Shown one piece after another: positions 26,517 to 36,931 of a stretch of DNA of 64,000 nucleotides; the first letter of the stretch is position 1; every line of letters starts with the position of its first letter. Where the stretch lies: the NCBI GenBank assembly GCA_964599625.1, contig CAZRGC010000002.1:7883-71882 (forward strand), given 5' to 3'. The translations under genes and the position numbers were made by a program. The notes beneath the pieces were generated by a model. The model had not been told where the DNA came from, ran no database searches, and worked only from the letters and a program-made list of their open reading frames with translations. Source of the DNA: an uncultured Gammaproteobacteria bacterium (GTDB lineage Bacteria; Patescibacteriota; Microgenomatia; UBA8517).

Positions 26517-29462
26517 TTAAGTGATAATTGTGTCAGATGTTCTAACGATAGAAACAGTCATACCGGTTGATGTCACAGTCGAGTCGGATTCGTAAGGCAA
26601 AATAGGGGAGCTGCCCGCGGTTGACCTTCTGGCACGGACCCTTACAGGAATATCTGCGCTATAAGTAATTGTTGCAGCCTCTGTTCCGGGTGTTCCATCG
26701 GATCCTGTTATCTCGTATGAATCAAGCATTGGAACATACCATGTATCTTGGGGAGATGTTGTTGTTGCAACAGGTAGGACGTTTAGTTTGATATTGTCAC
26801 CAGTTGTTTGTGATGCAATGGCGGGGGAGATGGTGACCGTATTGTTGTCTGTAATAACCGTAATATAGGAAACTGCGTTTCCGCGGGTAACGTTTACTAC
26901 GATATCTCCTACCTTGGAGCTTGCGAAAGCACCGGTTTCCACGATGGTTGTTGTGTTTGTGCCTGAATCAGCTGCGGCAATGTCGCTACTGGCCAAGGTA
27001 AATGTTGTACCGGTCCAACTTGAAAAACGAATACGATATTCTGCATTTGCGGATGTGTCAACAAGCCTTATAACACCACCTGCACTTCTACCTGGTTCAT
27101 CAACCGTAATTGAGGAGCCCATTACCGCGGTTGTTGCCAAAGCAGATTGAACTGTGGCGTTGTACCTGTTTTTGATAATGTTTCCACCTGAGCCGTCGAG
27201 CCTAAAGACTGCAATCTTATCTCCAGACCTAGTGTTACTTACAGTAAGTGTGACTTTGGTTGGGGCAACCACCACGTTGTTGTTGTCGTCTGTGAGCTGG
27301 AAGTTGTTGAGGTCGGAGTTAAGATAATCTGTAAGAACAAGTCCGGGTGCACAGAAAAACTTTCCTCCTGCGAAAGTGCCCATGGGGGCAGCTGCAACTG
27401 GGGTGATAGATGCAACCGGGGTGGCGCCGGTGATTGTAACGTAATTTGATCCGTCGACTTGTATGTTATTTGTTTGATTAAATGTTCCTCTGGCATTTCT
27501 AAGAATAAGTATTTTGTCTGTTGTATTGTGATTGACAACAGTTCCTGTGTATCCTGTAGAAACTTGAGTAACTGTTGCACCATCTGCAATTGACCCTGTA
27601 ATGGTGTCATAAATAATACGAGTGTCGCTTCCCAAATAAAATTGGCCTTCTATGGTTTGTGATCCGGAATCAATATCTGCGCTTGATCCGCGTCTGGTGA
27701 TGTATTTTGTCCATTGATAAACCTTACCCAACGAATTTTGATTGCAGTCAAGTGTTATGGAATAATTTTCTGGGGTTCCGTTTTCGTCAATGTCGTTTGA
27801 ACCACCTGTCGAAAGACCTCCAAAAGTAAGAGTGGGAGGTGTGCCACTTTCAAAGAATGTGGTGCCCGATGTTGTTGCTGGTCCTGCGTCTGCTGGCGTG
27901 CCAGCCGTACAGGTTCCGTCACCATCTGCTGTACCTGTGTATTCCACTACAGAATCGGAGTTTGCAAAGTCTGTGATTGGATCACCAAGGAGATAGTACG
28001 TAAGAACTGGCGATGCACCGGTTCCACCAACTGCTGTAAGTTTGCCGCGCTTTGTGGCAGCTGCCCAGCTTGCGCCTACATATATGTAATTACCAGAGTT
28101 GAATGTTCCGGATCCGGATGAGCCGGTGAATGACCTGTAACCCGTTTGATTATCCAAGTCGTTACCCGTCTGCAGAGGGATAGGGTTACGTCCTCCGGAA
28201 GTAAGATCCACTGAATAGTAGGAATAAGTCTTACTATATTGACGCGCATAAACGTAAATATAACCTTCGTCTGTTTCGGTTCCAAGTTCTTTTACGTTTA
28301 CCAAAATATCGATGTGGTCTGTTGTAAGTCCTGTTGTTTGGTCGCTCCACCAATCGGTTGTGCCTTTGTAGGCCAAAAGGTTGCTTCCGTTTTGTCTGAT
28401 GTAAATATGTGAATAGGTTTCAATTGTACCGATGGAGTAAATGTTTGCCCAAAGTGATTCTCCACCGGAAACTGCAGCTGTCGCTTGTGTTACAGAACCA
28501 GTGCCTCCAATGAAACCTTGATCAAGTACTGGGTTTGTAGAATATGCACCCGCCACAAGTGCCCTAATGTAAAAAAGACTTTGTGACCCGTTAAGGGATG
28601 TTGCGGCCCAATCGGTTGGTACTGTAAATGTTAATACTTTTCCGTCTCCAACTGATGCTGTAAAACCTGTTGTACCGTCTGATACTCCGGACAAAGCAGC
28701 CCAAGTTGAGCCATTCCAATATTGCCAGGTAACGCTTCCTCCAACTCCCGCTGTTCCGTTGGCATAGTCAAAAATAACTTTTTTAAACTTTTGTGAATAT
28801 CCAATGGCACAATAGTCAGACGTATCCTCTGAAGCGGGGAACACCTGCCAGTCACCGTTGCCTGCCGAGTTAGCATCTGTTGATTCATCTACAAATGTTG
28901 TGTTATCCACCTGCCAAACTTGGCTTATCGCAGCGTTTGACACGGCAACAGTACCGGAAGTCGAATCCCAATCATTGGCGGATGCATTGCTGTCTGGCCT
29001 TATCCACATAACTTTGGGGGAAAGTACTGTATTGAAGTCCAAAAGTGTTCCCGAATCGCCACCTGTTGCGTTTGTAATTGTTCTGCCTATATCGGTCGTA
29101 TCAAAATCTGTACCTGTAGTGTAAGTTGCACGGACAATGCCTGTGTTGGTTCCAGTAACTCTGTCCCACGAAGCGGTCTTGAGAGCGCCGCCTGTAAGGT
29201 GTTCTACGGTGGTCCTATCAATAAACCATGGATCTTTGTCTCCTGCATCGATAATGCCGATTGTGTACTCTGTTGGTGTCTGTGCACTCATGGGAACACC
29301 GTCGTCCATTTGGCCCAAATCATCAAACAAATCCTGGAGAGCAGAGTAGAGTTGGTTCACGGTTCTAGTGCCGGTGGAAGAACCTGTCCATTCTATCCTC
29401 TTTTGTCGATTTTCCGCACTGTAATAGACTGTGAAGTCACCTGAGAGTATTGTGTCGGCCAT
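26517..29462 (-). CDS. Large Thr/Gly/Ser-rich phage virion/tail-like protein (981 aa)
   Basis: No signal peptide; TVNQLYSALQDLFDDLGQMDDGVPMSAQTPTEYT N-terminus; APMGTFAGGKFFCAPG; C-terminal VRVRARRS domain related to the paralogs. Confidence 0.7.
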   Translation of the reverse strand: MADTILSGDFTVYYSAENRQKRIEWTGSSTGTRTVNQLYSALQDLFDDLGQMDDGVPMSAQTPTEYTIGIIDAGDKDPWFIDRTTVEHLTGGALKTASWDRVTGTNTGIVRATYTTGTDFDTTDIGRTITNATGGDSGTLLDFNTVLSPKVMWIRPDSNASANDWDSTSGTVAVSNAAISQVWQVDNTTFVDESTDANSAGNGDWQVFPASEDTSDYCAIGYSQKFKKVIFDYANGTAGVGGSVTWQYWNGSTWAALSGVSDGTTGFTASVGDGKVLTFTVPTDWAATSLNGSQSLFYIRALVAGAYSTNPVLDQGFIGGTGSVTQATAAVSGGESLWANIYSIGTIETYSHIYIRQNGSNLLAYKGTTDWWSDQTTGLTTDHIDILVNVKELGTETDEGYIYVYARQYSKTYSYYSVDLTSGGRNPIPLQTGNDLDNQTGYRSFTGSSGSGTFNSGNYIYVGASWAAATKRGKLTAVGGTGASPVLTYYLLGDPITDFANSDSVVEYTGTADGDGTCTAGTPADAGPATTSGTTFFESGTPPTLTFGGLSTGGSNDIDENGTPENYSITLDCNQNSLGKVYQWTKYITRRGSSADIDSGSQTIEGQFYLGSDTRIIYDTITGSIADGATVTQVSTGYTGTVVNHNTTDKILILRNARGTFNQTNNIQVDGSNYVTITGATPVASITPVAAAPMGTFAGGKFFCAPGLVLTDYLNSDLNNFQLTDDNNNVVVAPTKVTLTVSNTRSGDKIAVFRLDGSGGNIIKNRYNATVQSALATTAVMGSSITVDEPGRSAGGVIRLVDTSANAEYRIRFSSWTGTTFTLASSDIAAADSGTNTTTIVETGAFASSKVGDIVVNVTRGNAVSYITVITDNNTVTISPAIASQTTGDNIKLNVLPVATTTSPQDTWYVPMLDSYEITGSDGTPGTEAATITYSADIPVRVRARRSTAGSSPILPYESDSTVTSTGMTVSIVRTSDTIIT

Positions 29463-29512
29463 AATTCTTGATAGAACCGCACTCCCGTTACATGGCAGTG
29501 AAGTCTAAAAAG

Positions 29513-29542
29513 AGTATATGTAAGCGGCAGAAAGGGTGTCAA
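29513..29542 (-). promoter_or_regulatory. Sigma70 promoter for 26517..29462 and downstream genes
   Basis: TTGACA(29542-29537)-18 bp-TATACT(29518-29513). Confidence 0.55.
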
Positions 29543-29721
29543 TAGGGTTTAACTATTAGCACCGAAATTGACATATTAGAGTAGGAATTGATATAGATTT
29601 TCTTTAACTTTTTGCGGTAATTTTTTCACCAAAAAGCTATTTATTTTTCAAAAAAATTTTTTTTGGACTTTGAGTTGTTGCAAAACCTGATACATTTGTG
29701 CCGAGAAAGATGCAGATATAG

Positions 29722-32010
29722 TTATGCCGTAGTATCTTCTATTAAAGTTATTGTGGTTGTGAATCCGGAAGATGTAATTGTTCCGGTTGTTGACGCGGGG
29801 TAATACTTTGTGTCCCCGGTTGAGGATTTTCTTACTCTGATATAAATATCTGTGTCCGATGTGTAATTAAATGTTTCTGTGGCAATCCCCGAGGCGTTTG
29901 TGTCTTCGTTCATGAGTTGCAAAGCATCGCTGGATTGATAGATGGCTGTTTGTGCGTTTTCAACGGGAGAGTTGTTTGCATCTACTACGGTTACCTTCAA
30001 AGTAACGGCATTATTTTTAACAATTGTCGCACCAGCCGTCCTAACACTTGGAGTACTTCCGCCGCCTGTTACATTAATTGTTACAGTACCGCTTGCTATG
30101 TTTACATAAATTGCTTCATTTCCGGTTGACCCGTCGGTTCCTGCGTATCCACTGAAAGTGTTTCCATCAAAGTCGAAAGCACCTGCTGTCCCAGACACCT
30201 CAATGGCGTGTCCTGTGCCACTGCTTACGAAGGAACAATTTGTTATATTTTCAAGGTCTGAAACTGTGGCTGAGGTGACTTTTGTGTTTGTAAACGTACA
30301 ATTATTTAAGACTGCTGAATTCTGAGTAAATGTAGTGCAGTTAATAAACGACACGGTGTCTAGTGTAACTGTTGATCTAAGTGTGACTGTGGCGTTGACG
30401 ACAGAAGTGCCAAGAAAATTTACATCCGCACTCGCCGAATGTGAGGAGTTGAAGCGCCAGTAGTAAGACGAGTCCGACACAAACAAACAGTTGGTGAAAT
30501 GTAGTAGGTCGTTTGAATCTACCCCATAGAATTCCACTCCAAGGGAGTTGTTGTTGACATGGAAGTCGACATAATCTGTTTCATCAGCCTGTGTAGGCCA
30601 CTGGAATGTTTTCAAGTTGCAAGAAATGCCAATGCTCGCGACCCCGCCAAACTGGAGTGGAATCCAGATTTGTCCCAAAGCACCGGTTTGTTGGATCACG
30701 GGAATGTTTCCGCAACCAGAGTTAACCATTGTTACTAAATCATTAAAATTGAACGGATTGGTGGTTGTTCCTCCTGCGATTACAGCTGTTCTGAGTTCCC
30801 AAAGTTCGTTCCAAAGAACAGAAGGTGCTCCGTAATATCCTGATGAGCCGAAAGCAAGGTAATCCAACGACGCAAAATCCGCGGTTCCTGCAGAGTCGTA
30901 TTGTGTGCTGGTGTAGCTTGGCTCAATCAAAAAGTTGTTGCGGGCACCAGGGTTGTCTGTCTTACTAAACTGCCCACCCACAACCCAGGCTCGCCAATTA
31001 CCTGAAGTTGAACCTAAAATAATATATTTTCCACCCTGAACAGCCTTCCCTGTGTCTACATAGTCTCGTGGAGCCAGATGCAGGTATGTTCCAAATATTA
31101 AGTCCCCAGTTGTTACATCGATAGGCGAAGCACGGTTCAGTTCTACATGGTTGAGGTTCGTTGTAGATGAAGCCCCTGCATTCCTCATTGATCCTCGAAA
31201 CGGATTGTAACCAGAATCGGCGGTTGTGGCGACGGCCACACCTGTGACAGTCTTGCCTGCAACAGATGTTATGGCAATGCTGACTGCAGCTATATAAGTA
31301 CCAATATCGGGACCGGTGTCACCCGTAGTTCCCGTTAATGATGATATAAGCACAGATGGGGTGACTGAGAGCGGGATATAGGGTGGCTTGATTGTTCCGC
31401 TTGATCCATCGCGGATTTCTATAATCTGACCTCTTCCGTCATCAGCAGTTGCTCCCCACAGAGAAGGAGCAGAAACTACTGTTGAGGCAGATGGAACAAA
31501 AGAGTAAGCAGCAGCAAGCCCACCAGCTGCTACGTCGATTGCGGCAAGATTCACCCAAGGCGGCAAGTGTGATGTACCAGCTGTTGTATCCTGATTCCTT
31601 GAATGAATAACTATGGAATTATCATAAGCGGTTGTAAGTCCAACCCCTGTAAATGGTAGAGTGGAGCTATCTGAACTTTGCCGGGCAGAGGTTGGGATGG
31701 CATCAGCAACGGTTGAGCCGTAAACATCTTTAACAGCGATAATGATTCCGGCACAAGTTTCGCTTGTGAGAGTAAAGGTAACTGTCTCTGAAGAAGATGT
31801 TGCGCGTTTTGCCCATATTCCACCAGCCGAACCCGCAGTTGTCCCGCTTTGTATATTAGTCCATCCACCGGGGGTGGAGAAGTTTGCTGCCGTGTCTTTG
31901 CCAAGACATGCAACCAAAAGATCGCCAGTCTGGTGCTCCGGCATCTCCATTACCATGTTTGCAGTAGCGGTAGAGTAGAGCGTAAAAGCTGTGTCGCGTA
32001 TCTCAGCCAT
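29722..32010 (-). CDS. Tail-fibre/adhesin-like paralog 1
   Basis: Beta-rich and beta-helix-like; conserved C-terminus FNYTSDTDIYIRVRKSSTGDTKY; no signal peptide. Confidence 0.7.
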   Translation of the reverse strand: MAEIRDTAFTLYSTATANMVMEMPEHQTGDLLVACLGKDTAANFSTPGGWTNIQSGTTAGSAGGIWAKRATSSSETVTFTLTSETCAGIIIAVKDVYGSTVADAIPTSARQSSDSSTLPFTGVGLTTAYDNSIVIHSRNQDTTAGTSHLPPWVNLAAIDVAAGGLAAAYSFVPSASTVVSAPSLWGATADDGRGQIIEIRDGSSGTIKPPYIPLSVTPSVLISSLTGTTGDTGPDIGTYIAAVSIAITSVAGKTVTGVAVATTADSGYNPFRGSMRNAGASSTTNLNHVELNRASPIDVTTGDLIFGTYLHLAPRDYVDTGKAVQGGKYIILGSTSGNWRAWVVGGQFSKTDNPGARNNFLIEPSYTSTQYDSAGTADFASLDYLAFGSSGYYGAPSVLWNELWELRTAVIAGGTTTNPFNFNDLVTMVNSGCGNIPVIQQTGALGQIWIPLQFGGVASIGISCNLKTFQWPTQADETDYVDFHVNNNSLGVEFYGVDSNDLLHFTNCLFVSDSSYYWRFNSSHSASADVNFLGTSVVNATVTLRSTVTLDTVSFINCTTFTQNSAVLNNCTFTNTKVTSATVSDLENITNCSFVSSGTGHAIEVSGTAGAFDFDGNTFSGYAGTDGSTGNEAIYVNIASGTVTINVTGGGSTPSVRTAGATIVKNNAVTLKVTVVDANNSPVENAQTAIYQSSDALQLMNEDTNASGIATETFNYTSDTDIYIRVRKSSTGDTKYYPASTTGTITSSGFTTTITLIEDTTA

Positions 32011-32068
32011 ATTTAAAAAAATCATAGCACAAATTGTTGGCTCGATATGCTAAGTTATTGTTGCAAAA

Positions 32069-33697
32069 ATGATGGACAATTTTTCAGTCAGACTTAGAGT
32101 TGCCCTGCTCCTGGCTTCTGCACTAATTCCTGCACTAATATTCATTGGAGGAGGTGTTTACTATCGTTATTCTGATGCTTCTGGTAATGCAATAAAGGAA
32201 CTATCCAACTCTTCAAGAAATTTCTCAAAAGAACAAGCGCAAAATATCGAAGGTGCAAGACAACTTCTTGTTGCTGTTTCGCAAACACCGCAAATAACAA
32301 TGTTTGATAAGAGAATGTGTGGGAACTATCTCGCGACTTTGTTAAATAATTTTTCCAGATATGCGAATTTTGGTGTTGCGGCAACAAATGGAGATGTAAT
32401 ATGCTCCGCAGTTCCTATTGATTTGCCTGTCAATGTAAAAGACAAGTTGTATTTCAAAAAAGTTTTAAACTCCAAAACTTTTAGCGTTGGAGAGTATAGC
32501 ATTGGAAACATTACAGGCAAGCCTGTCTTAAATTTTGGTTACCCAATACTAAACTCTAATGGTGCTTTGATTGGGGTGGTTTTTTCTTCACTCGACCTCG
32601 GTTGGATGAATGATTTCTTGTCTGCGAGTTTGGAAGGTGAAGATACTGTGCTTATGGTTCTTGATCATGAAGGCACTATAATGGCGAGAAATATAGATCC
32701 GGGTTTGTGGATAGGTAAATCGTTTGCAAAAGATCCACTTTTTCAAAAAATATTACAAAAAGGCGGGGGAGCCACCGATCTTGTGGGAATTGACGGAATA
32801 AAACGGCTTTACGCTTTTCAGAAGCTTGGAGAATCTGATTCGGCATATGTTGTTGTTGGTAAAACTCAAAACGAGGTATTTAAGGGGGCAATATCCAGCC
32901 TAAAGACAAGTTTGTTGGTGGTTCTGTTAATGGGAATTATGATTGCAGTTGTTTCGTACAGGATTGGAAACATTTTTATAATAAAAAAGATTGAAGATTT
33001 ACAGGAGATAGACAGGTTAAAAAGTGAGTTCGTCTCAATCGCATCTCACCAGTTAAGGACGCCCCTTTCTGCCATAAACTGGTTTTTGGAACTATTGGAT
33101 GATGAAAAAAATAAACTGACAACCTATCAAAAGAAAATTGTTAGGAATATTAAGGAGTCAAACGGAAGGATGATTGATCTCGTGGAATCGCTTTTGAATG
33201 TGTCCAGAATTGAGTCAAAAAAGTTAAAAGTTGAGCGTGCCGAGGTTGAAGTAAACAAAGAAGTTAAAAAAGTTGTGGATGCAGTTTCCCCAAAGACGAT
33301 AATGAAAAAACAACGGTTCGTGTTCAAACCCAATTCAGCCCGGCTGCTTATTGATGTAGACCCAAAACTTTTCTTTCAGATTGTGAACAACATAGTCACA
33401 AACGCTATCAAATACACACCGCCAAAAGGAAAAATAATTGTTAACGTTTCCTCCAAAAATTCCCGTGCGGTTGTCAAAGTTGCAGATAGTGGTTATGGTA
33501 TTTCAAAACAAGATAAAGGTAAAATTTTTCAGAAATTTTTCAGAGGAGCAAATATTTCCGGTCGCGATATCGAAGGGACAGGTCTTGGGCTTTTTATAGC
33601 AAAGTCAATCGCCGAAGAAATGGGTGGAAAAGTTACTTTTACAAGTACAGAAGGAAAAGGGTCGACATTTTACATTTCATTCCCAGTGCAATCTTAA
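32069..33697 (+). CDS. Sensor histidine kinase with dCache domain
   Basis: Two TM helices around Cache; ASHQLRTPL H-box; NAIKYT; DSGYGI; GTGLGL. Confidence 0.93.
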   Translation: MMDNFSVRLRVALLLASALIPALIFIGGGVYYRYSDASGNAIKELSNSSRNFSKEQAQNIEGARQLLVAVSQTPQITMFDKRMCGNYLATLLNNFSRYANFGVAATNGDVICSAVPIDLPVNVKDKLYFKKVLNSKTFSVGEYSIGNITGKPVLNFGYPILNSNGALIGVVFSSLDLGWMNDFLSASLEGEDTVLMVLDHEGTIMARNIDPGLWIGKSFAKDPLFQKILQKGGGATDLVGIDGIKRLYAFQKLGESDSAYVVVGKTQNEVFKGAISSLKTSLLVVLLMGIMIAVVSYRIGNIFIIKKIEDLQEIDRLKSEFVSIASHQLRTPLSAINWFLELLDDEKNKLTTYQKKIVRNIKESNGRMIDLVESLLNVSRIESKKLKVERAEVEVNKEVKKVVDAVSPKTIMKKQRFVFKPNSARLLIDVDPKLFFQIVNNIVTNAIKYTPPKGKIIVNVSSKNSRAVVKVADSGYGISKQDKGKIFQKFFRGANISGRDIEGTGLGLFIAKSIAEEMGGKVTFTSTEGKGSTFYISFPVQS

Positions 33698-33741
33698 TTG
33701 TTTTGAAACAAACGTTGTGGTAATTTTAGACAAGGGCAAAA

Positions 33742-34176
33742 ATGGCAGTCAAAAAACACAAAAAAATATCAGTACTCGTTGTAGAGGATGATAAAAATAT
33801 TGCAATTGCATATGAAATGAAATTTGCCAGAGTGGGTTTTAATGCGAAAATTGCAAATAGCGGGAGAGCAGCTTTTGAAGCATTAAAGAGTTTTAGTCCC
33901 GATGTGATAGTTTTAGATCTTATTATGCCGGTTATTGATGGATTCGAGGTTTTGAGGCAACTTAAAAATCATCCCCATCACAAAAAAATTCCAGTAATTG
34001 TTGCTTCAAATCTGGGCGGAGAAACAGATATAAATGAAGCTTATGAATTGGGGGCTGCAGAGTATATTGTCAAAACAAAATCAACGCTTGAAGATTTAGT
34101 ATCCAAAGTGAATCAGCTTGCAGAACAATATCAGGAAACAACAGTGTCTTCAATCAAAGTGACAGTTGCTGAATAG
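33742..34176 (+). CDS. Stand-alone response regulator receiver
   Basis: VVEDD, LDLIMP, YIVK; no output domain. Confidence 0.92.
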   Translation: MAVKKHKKISVLVVEDDKNIAIAYEMKFARVGFNAKIANSGRAAFEALKSFSPDVIVLDLIMPVIDGFEVLRQLKNHPHHKKIPVIVASNLGGETDINEAYELGAAEYIVKTKSTLEDLVSKVNQLAEQYQETTVSSIKVTVAE

Positions 34177-36479
34177 CCTGAGGATGTGACCGTACCCGAA
34201 GAACTGTTCACGAAATATTTTGTATCCCCAGTAGAAGATTTTCTAACTCTTATGTAAACATCGGTGTCTGACGTATAGTTGAATGACGCCTCGGCCACAC
34301 CACTCGCATTTGTCAGCTCATTCATAAGCTCTGCATCGTCACTATTTCTGTAAATTGCTGTTCTGGCATTTTGAATAATAAACCCAGCCTCGTCTTTGAC
34401 GGTTATCTTTAGTGTAACTGCATTGTTGATGATGGTTGAAGCACTCGCTCCATTTCTGTATGTGGGAGTATTGCCCCCACCTGTAATGTTAACAGTAACC
34501 GCTCCGCCGGAATCGTTGTAGATTGCAGCAGAAGTGGTTCCATCTGCTCCAAATCCGGTAAACGTATTTCCGGAGAACGAATAAGTTCCCGGGCTTGTGA
34601 TCCTGAATGCATGACCAGCAGAACTGGTTCCCTGAAAATTGCAATCAGAAAAGATGGAGGGGTCGGTAACCGAAGTCAAGTAATTTCCGGCGGACGTCGT
34701 GTCAACTCCAAATGTGCAACCATCGTATGTAGTTGAAGCATTTGATGTAAGACTGTTATTTACATTTGGGGGATCGGTTATCGTGGAATTGGTTAAGTCG
34801 CAGTTTGACGCATCAACGGTGGAGTTGATGAAAGACATAGAACTGAAAGTTGTCACATCTCTCAGGGTAACAAGTGCTCCGGCAACTGAAGTTCCGGAAA
34901 AATCCCATGCGGCACTGTTACTGGCGCTTGCGGCTATTCTCCAGTAGTATCTTGAGTCGGAAGTAAACACGCAGTTGGTGAAACTGCAGGTGTCGCCACT
35001 TCTAGCATCAAATTCCACCCCAACCTGATCTGTGTCAACATGCCAGTTACAAACCCGAGTTGTTGCGTTGTATGCAACCGGGAATTGGAACGTGCGTAGG
35101 TTTACATTTACATGAATTGGATCAACTCCGCCAAATTTAATAGGGTTCCAAATTGTTGCAGCAGATCCCTCTCTTTGTAAAATTGGATAAAGTGAAGATC
35201 CGTTTACAAATCCATCTACTACGCCTGTAAAATCCAAAGGAGTAGCAGAAGTCCCACCAGCGAGAGTTGCAACTCCGGAAACCATAAGGTATGACAAGTA
35301 TATTGACGTAGCCCCAAATGGGGAGGAGTGTGCTGCCATCAAAGTGTCGATTGCGTCGGCATTGAAGGTTCCACTTGAAGCCCATGATGTATCTGTAGAT
35401 TGTCCCGGCTGAATTGCAAAGAGATTTCTTCCGTCAGGTTTCGTTGTGGGAGAATCTTTTGCTCCAACTATCCAACTTTTGTAATCGTTCCCTGCATCAA
35501 GAAGGGTAAATGTTGTGCCTTTGTGGGCATCAAAAAAACCAAAGTCTACCCAGTCTCTGGGGGTGGTAAAAGCGAATGACGATAATAAATAATTACCCGA
35601 CCAATCTTGCGAGGAGAACCCGGCCTCTGCCCCGTATAAAGTATCTCCCGCGGGGTTTGCTACAGGAGAATTAAGGAAAGTACTCATATATGGGTTTATT
35701 CCACGATCTGTTGCATTTCCCAATGCGTCATAGGTTACAGTTTTACCCCCCATTGAGCTAATGGTTACCGATGCGGGTAGGGAAGTAAAAAACTCACCGG
35801 CGGTTGCGTTTGTAAACTGTGTTAAAAACTGCATCTGTGAATCTGCAACGTACCCGTGCACAATTGAGTTACTGCCGTCATCTCTAATTTCGATGGTGTG
35901 TATGAGGGCTGAATCGTTGATACGTCCATCGAAGTTAACATTAACACTACTTCCTGACGTGGGGTAGAATTTCCAAGCAATTCCGCATGAATTTGCACCA
36001 GCGTCACCATAGTAAAGCGCTTGGGATTCACCAGGCAGTGGCGTTGGCGATACGCCGCCATCAGAAGTAAATCCGTGAATAATTAAAGAGTTGTTCCATG
36101 TGGTTGTAATTGTTTGATTCTGTGTCCAAGGCCTGGTTGAGTCGATAGACGAAAGTGTTGCTGCGGGGTCCTGAGAGGTGTGTGCACCACGAATTACAAT
36201 TGTCACAATGTGGTATGTATCGAGTGCAAAAGTAAATGAAGCGGCTGTTTCGGAGGATCCTGTTGCACGTTTCCACCAGACCCCGCCCCATCCGCCACCA
36301 TCACTCGAACCCGTCAAATTGTTGTAACCTGAAGATGATGTCTCAGACATACTCCCAGTACCGTCTTTATTGGCAATTACCAATATGATGTCGTTGTTTG
36401 TGTGTGTTGGAATTGGAGCTGTGGCGGAGGTGGCAGTGGTTGTACCTTGAACTTCGTCTGATGAAAATATATAAGCCAT
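34131..36479 (-). CDS. Tail-fibre/adhesin-like paralog 2
   Basis: Collinear with 29722..32010 (PRD.VD.G, NLRTFQFP, FTNCVF.SDS.YYWR, FNYTSDTDVYIRVRKSSTGDTKY). Confidence 0.7.
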   Translation of the reverse strand: MAYIFSSDEVQGTTTATSATAPIPTHTNNDIILVIANKDGTGSMSETSSSGYNNLTGSSDGGGWGGVWWKRATGSSETAASFTFALDTYHIVTIVIRGAHTSQDPAATLSSIDSTRPWTQNQTITTTWNNSLIIHGFTSDGGVSPTPLPGESQALYYGDAGANSCGIAWKFYPTSGSSVNVNFDGRINDSALIHTIEIRDDGSNSIVHGYVADSQMQFLTQFTNATAGEFFTSLPASVTISSMGGKTVTYDALGNATDRGINPYMSTFLNSPVANPAGDTLYGAEAGFSSQDWSGNYLLSSFAFTTPRDWVDFGFFDAHKGTTFTLLDAGNDYKSWIVGAKDSPTTKPDGRNLFAIQPGQSTDTSWASSGTFNADAIDTLMAAHSSPFGATSIYLSYLMVSGVATLAGGTSATPLDFTGVVDGFVNGSSLYPILQREGSAATIWNPIKFGGVDPIHVNVNLRTFQFPVAYNATTRVCNWHVDTDQVGVEFDARSGDTCSFTNCVFTSDSRYYWRIAASASNSAAWDFSGTSVAGALVTLRDVTTFSSMSFINSTVDASNCDLTNSTITDPPNVNNSLTSNASTTYDGCTFGVDTTSAGNYLTSVTDPSIFSDCNFQGTSSAGHAFRITSPGTYSFSGNTFTGFGADGTTSAAIYNDSGGAVTVNITGGGNTPTYRNGASASTIINNAVTLKITVKDEAGFIIQNARTAIYRNSDDAELMNELTNASGVAEASFNYTSDTDVYIRVRKSSTGDTKYFVNSSSGTVTSSGYSATVTLIEDTVVS

Positions 36480-36517
36480 CTTTCAAAAAAAATAATAACA
36501 CGGGGAGTATACAAAGT

Positions 36518-36889
36518 TTAACCCTTAACGTTTCTTAGTGTTTTGGCCACGAGTTCGTCCAAATCCAAATCGCTTTTGACTATATAGTCTGTTGTCCCTG
36601 CGGTACCTTGTTCATCCTCTGGTAAATTACTTGCTACAATTACTGGTATTTTTCCCAATCTTTCGTCACTTTTTACACGTCTTAAAAATTCATACCCATC
36701 AATACCAGGAAGCAGTATATCAAGAACTATAACATCAGGAAGTTTTTTTTCAGTCTTCAAAAGCTCCAAACCTTCCTCGGCGGTTCTCACTGCATCAACT
36801 TTAAATTTCTTCTCTTCAAACTTATACTTCATGGCCTTGCCTATAAACTTATCGTCCTCGATTATTAAAACTTTTGGTGTTTTTTTCAT
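36518..36889 (-). CDS. Stand-alone response regulator receiver
   Basis: IIEDD, LDILLP, YIVK. Confidence 0.92.
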   Translation of the reverse strand: MKKTPKVLIIEDDKFIGKAMKYKFEEKKFKVDAVRTAEEGLELLKTEKKLPDVIVLDILLPGIDGYEFLRRVKSDERLGKIPVIVASNLPEDEQGTAGTTDYIVKSDLDLDELVAKTLRNVKG

Positions 36890-36931
36890 ATCAATGTATA
36901 TCTATTGTGTAGCAAATTTTAAACAAAATAC